Shown: positions 62,156-64,000 of the stretch, piece by piece
Position numbering within the stretch: position 1 is the first letter of the stretch
How the letters are laid out: each line of letters opens with the position of its first letter
Assembly (NCBI GenBank): GCA_035358815.1
Contig: DAOPQC010000009.1
Location: forward strand, 2,405-66,404
DNA from: Thermoanaerobaculales bacterium
Lineage (GTDB): Bacteria; Acidobacteriota; Thermoanaerobaculia; Thermoanaerobaculales; Sulfomarinibacteraceae
Length of the DNA stretch: 64,000 bases
Reading direction: 5' to 3'
Notes under the pieces: generated by a model
Told to the model about the DNA's origin: nothing
Databases searched by the model: none
The model's input: only the letters and a program-made list of their open reading frames with translations
Program-made: the position numbers and the translations under genes

Positions 62156-64000
62156 ATGAAGCTCGCGACCTTCCTGCTCGGCAACCGCTTTCTCGTGCTG
62201 CTCGCCTCGGCGATGCTGATCGCGGGCGGCGTCGTCGCGTGGCTGCACCTGCCGATCGACGCCTTCCCCGATGTGACCAACACCCAGGTCATGATCCTCT
62301 CGACCGCGCCCGGCCTCGCCGCCGTCGACGTCGAGCAGCGGGTGAGCTACCCGATCGAGCAGGTGATGCGCGGCCTGCCCCGGGTGACGGAGGTGCGCTC
62401 ACTGTCGAGGGCCGGCCTGTCCCAGGTCGTCATCGTCTTCGAGGACGGCGCCGACACCTACTGGACGCGGCAGGTGGTGTTCGAGCGCCTCGCCATGGCC
62501 CGGGAGCAGCTCCCGCCCGGCGTCGAGCCCGAGCTCGGCCCGATCTCGACCGGCCTCGGGGAGATCTTCCAGTACACCCTGGAAGGGGACGGCGCGAGCG
62601 CGATGGAGCTGCGGACCATCCAGGACTGGCTCGTCGCCCCGCTGCTCGAGCCGATCCCGGGGGTCAACGAGGTCAACAGCTTCGGCGGCGAGGTCAAGCA
62701 GTACCAGGTGCTGGTGTCACCGGAGAAGCTCGTCAAGTACGGCCTCAACGTCAACGACGTCGTCGAGGCGGTCGAGCAGGGCAACGCCAACGCCGGGGGT
62801 GGCGTGGTGGTGCGCGGATGGGAGCAGCTCTACCTGCGCGGCGTCGGCCTGCTCGAGGACATCCCGGACATCGAGCGCATCGTGCTCCGGGCCGAGGACG
62901 GCGCGCCGATCTACCTGCGCGACGTCGCCGAGGTCGTCATCGGCGCCGAGCCGCGCCAGGGCGCGGTGAGCCGCGACGGCAGCGGCGAGGTCGTGGCCGG
63001 CATGATCATCATGCTCAAGGGCGAAAACTCGAAGGAGGTGGTCAGCCGGGTCAAGGAGGCGATCGAGAGGATCCGCTCGATCCTCCCGGAGGGGGTCCGG
63101 ATCAACGTCTTCTACGACCGCACCTCGCTGATCGAGGCCTGCATCTCAACCGTGGTCAACGCCCTGCTCGAGGGCGGGATCTTCGTCATCCTGGTGCTGT
63201 TCCTGTTCGTCGCCGAGCTGCGGACCTCGCTGATCGTGGTCTTCTCGCTGCCGTTCACCTTCCTGGTCAGCTTCATCGTCATGGGCGCGACGGGGTTGAC
63301 GTCGAACCTGATGAGCGTCGGCGGCCTCGCGTTCTCGGTCGGCATGGTGGTCGACGCGTCGATCGTGGTGGTCGAGAACATCCGGCGCCACCTCGCGCAG
63401 CGGCCCGCGGGCGAGCACCGGCGCCGCATCGTGGCCGACGCCCTGGCCGAGGTGGCGAGGCCGGTCGGCTTCTCGGTGGTCATCATCGCCATCATCCTGG
63501 TGCCGCTGTTCACGCTGCAGGGGATCGAGGGCAAGATGTTCGCGCCGCTCGCCGCGACCATGCTGATCGCGCTCCTGGTCTCGCTGGTCGTGGCGCTGAC
63601 CGTCGTGCCGGTGCTGTCGGAGATGTTCCTGAAGGAGGGCCCCGAGAAGGAGTTCTCCTTCATCCGGCGCTTCCACCGCGGCTACCTGCGGCTCCTCGAC
63701 CGCGCCGTCCGCCGGCCGGGCGTGACCCTCGGCCTCTCGGGCGCCGTGCTGGTGGCGTCGCTGGCGCTGCTGCCCCTGGTCGGCACCGAGTTCATGCCGC
63801 CGCTCGACGAGGGCTCGATCGCGATCAACGTCGTACGCCTGCCCAACGCCTCCCTCGACGGCTCGGTGAAGGTCGCGACGTTCATCGAGGAGCGCCTGCG
63901 CGCGTTCCCGGAGGTCGGGACCGTGGTCAGCAAGACCGGCCGCGCCGAGATCTCCGAGGACCCGATGGGCCCCGAGCAGACCGACGTCTTCATCATGCTC
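62156..64000 (+). CDS. czcA: Heavy-metal-efflux RND inner-membrane pump (CzcA/CusA family), 3' end beyond the window
   Basis: Not in the ORF track because there is no stop before the window end. ATG 62156 follows aaggggagg. MKLATFLLGNRFLVLLASAMLIAGGVVAWLHLPIDAFPDVTNTQVMILS... The frame is open for 615 codons to base 64000. Confidence 0.85.
   Translation, partial: MKLATFLLGNRFLVLLASAMLIAGGVVAWLHLPIDAFPDVTNTQVMILSTAPGLAAVDVEQRVSYPIEQVMRGLPRVTEVRSLSRAGLSQVVIVFEDGADTYWTRQVVFERLAMAREQLPPGVEPELGPISTGLGEIFQYTLEGDGASAMELRTIQDWLVAPLLEPIPGVNEVNSFGGEVKQYQVLVSPEKLVKYGLNVNDVVEAVEQGNANAGGGVVVRGWEQLYLRGVGLLEDIPDIERIVLRAEDGAPIYLRDVAEVVIGAEPRQGAVSRDGSGEVVAGMIIMLKGENSKEVVSRVKEAIERIRSILPEGVRINVFYDRTSLIEACISTVVNALLEGGIFVILVLFLFVAELRTSLIVVFSLPFTFLVSFIVMGATGLTSNLMSVGGLAFSVGMVVDASIVVVENIRRHLAQRPAGEHRRRIVADALAEVARPVGFSVVIIAIILVPLFTLQGIEGKMFAPLAATMLIALLVSLVVALTVVPVLSEMFLKEGPEKEFSFIRRFHRGYLRLLDRAVRRPGVTLGLSGAVLVASLALLPLVGTEFMPPLDEGSIAINVVRLPNASLDGSVKVATFIEERLRAFPEVGTVVSKTGRAEISEDPMGPEQTDVFIML

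Overview
High-GC (about 70%) bacterial chromosomal segment with roughly 50 protein genes, 2 tRNAs and no rRNA, CRISPR array, transposase or integrase. Composition and gene content (PEGA, DUF4388, TPR, FecR-like, sigma-54 regulators) suggest an Acidobacteriota- or Myxococcota-like organism, but this cannot be proven from the window.

Gene blocks:
- 1-3.3 kb: sulfatase-TPR and a GT39-like membrane glycosyltransferase.
- 3.5-11.5 kb: a formate module. It holds a selenocysteine formate dehydrogenase alpha subunit (the ORF track splits it at an in-frame TGA followed by a SECIS hairpin), a ferritin-like diiron protein, a NuoE-NuoF fusion, a CheY-like receiver, an oxalate/formate antiporter-family MFS and MobA.
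- 11.5-17.7 kb: sensor kinase, porin plus beta-carbonic anhydrase, and a GAF/sigma-54 activator divergent from a USP gene that has a -24/-12 promoter.
- 17.8-29 kb: envelope and secreted proteins, namely Skp, a TonB-dependent receptor and a PEGA / transglutaminase-TPR / CarboxypepD_reg-TPR operon.
- 29-36 kb: housekeeping genes fusA-like, purC, rpsT, cpoB, pal, trmH-like and cdd.
- 36-47 kb: FecR-like W/Y-rich protein, LbH transferase, SpoIIE phosphatase, thioredoxin-like protein, PBP1A and two adjacent secreted metzincins.
- 47-52 kb: folK, ALDH7-like dehydrogenase, NtrC-type regulator and pyrE.
- 52.4-55.6 kb: a NYN / DUF4388-J-domain-TPR / DUF4388-SPOR operon.
- 55.7-57.2 kb: tRNA-Val, tRNA-Asp, a tRNA-Asp-derived repeat array and mazEF.
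- 57.3-64 kb: POT transporter, a small Cys-rich protein and czcCBA. czcA is absent from the ORF track because it runs off the window.

Most unusual signals:
1. A mosaic family of short-period G-tract/C-tract repeat modules fills seven intergenic gaps between 29 and 52.4 kb. Exact 20-, 27- and roughly 58-nt blocks are shared between loci. The arms have an inverted (C-rich then G-rich) architecture around unique cores, and G-quadruplex potential is very high.
2. A tRNA-Asp-seeded repeat array contains two perfect 121-nt copies. Each carries an inverted copy of the tRNA 3' end.

Many very long R/P/G-rich ORFs in the track are antisense or off-frame artefacts of the high GC content.
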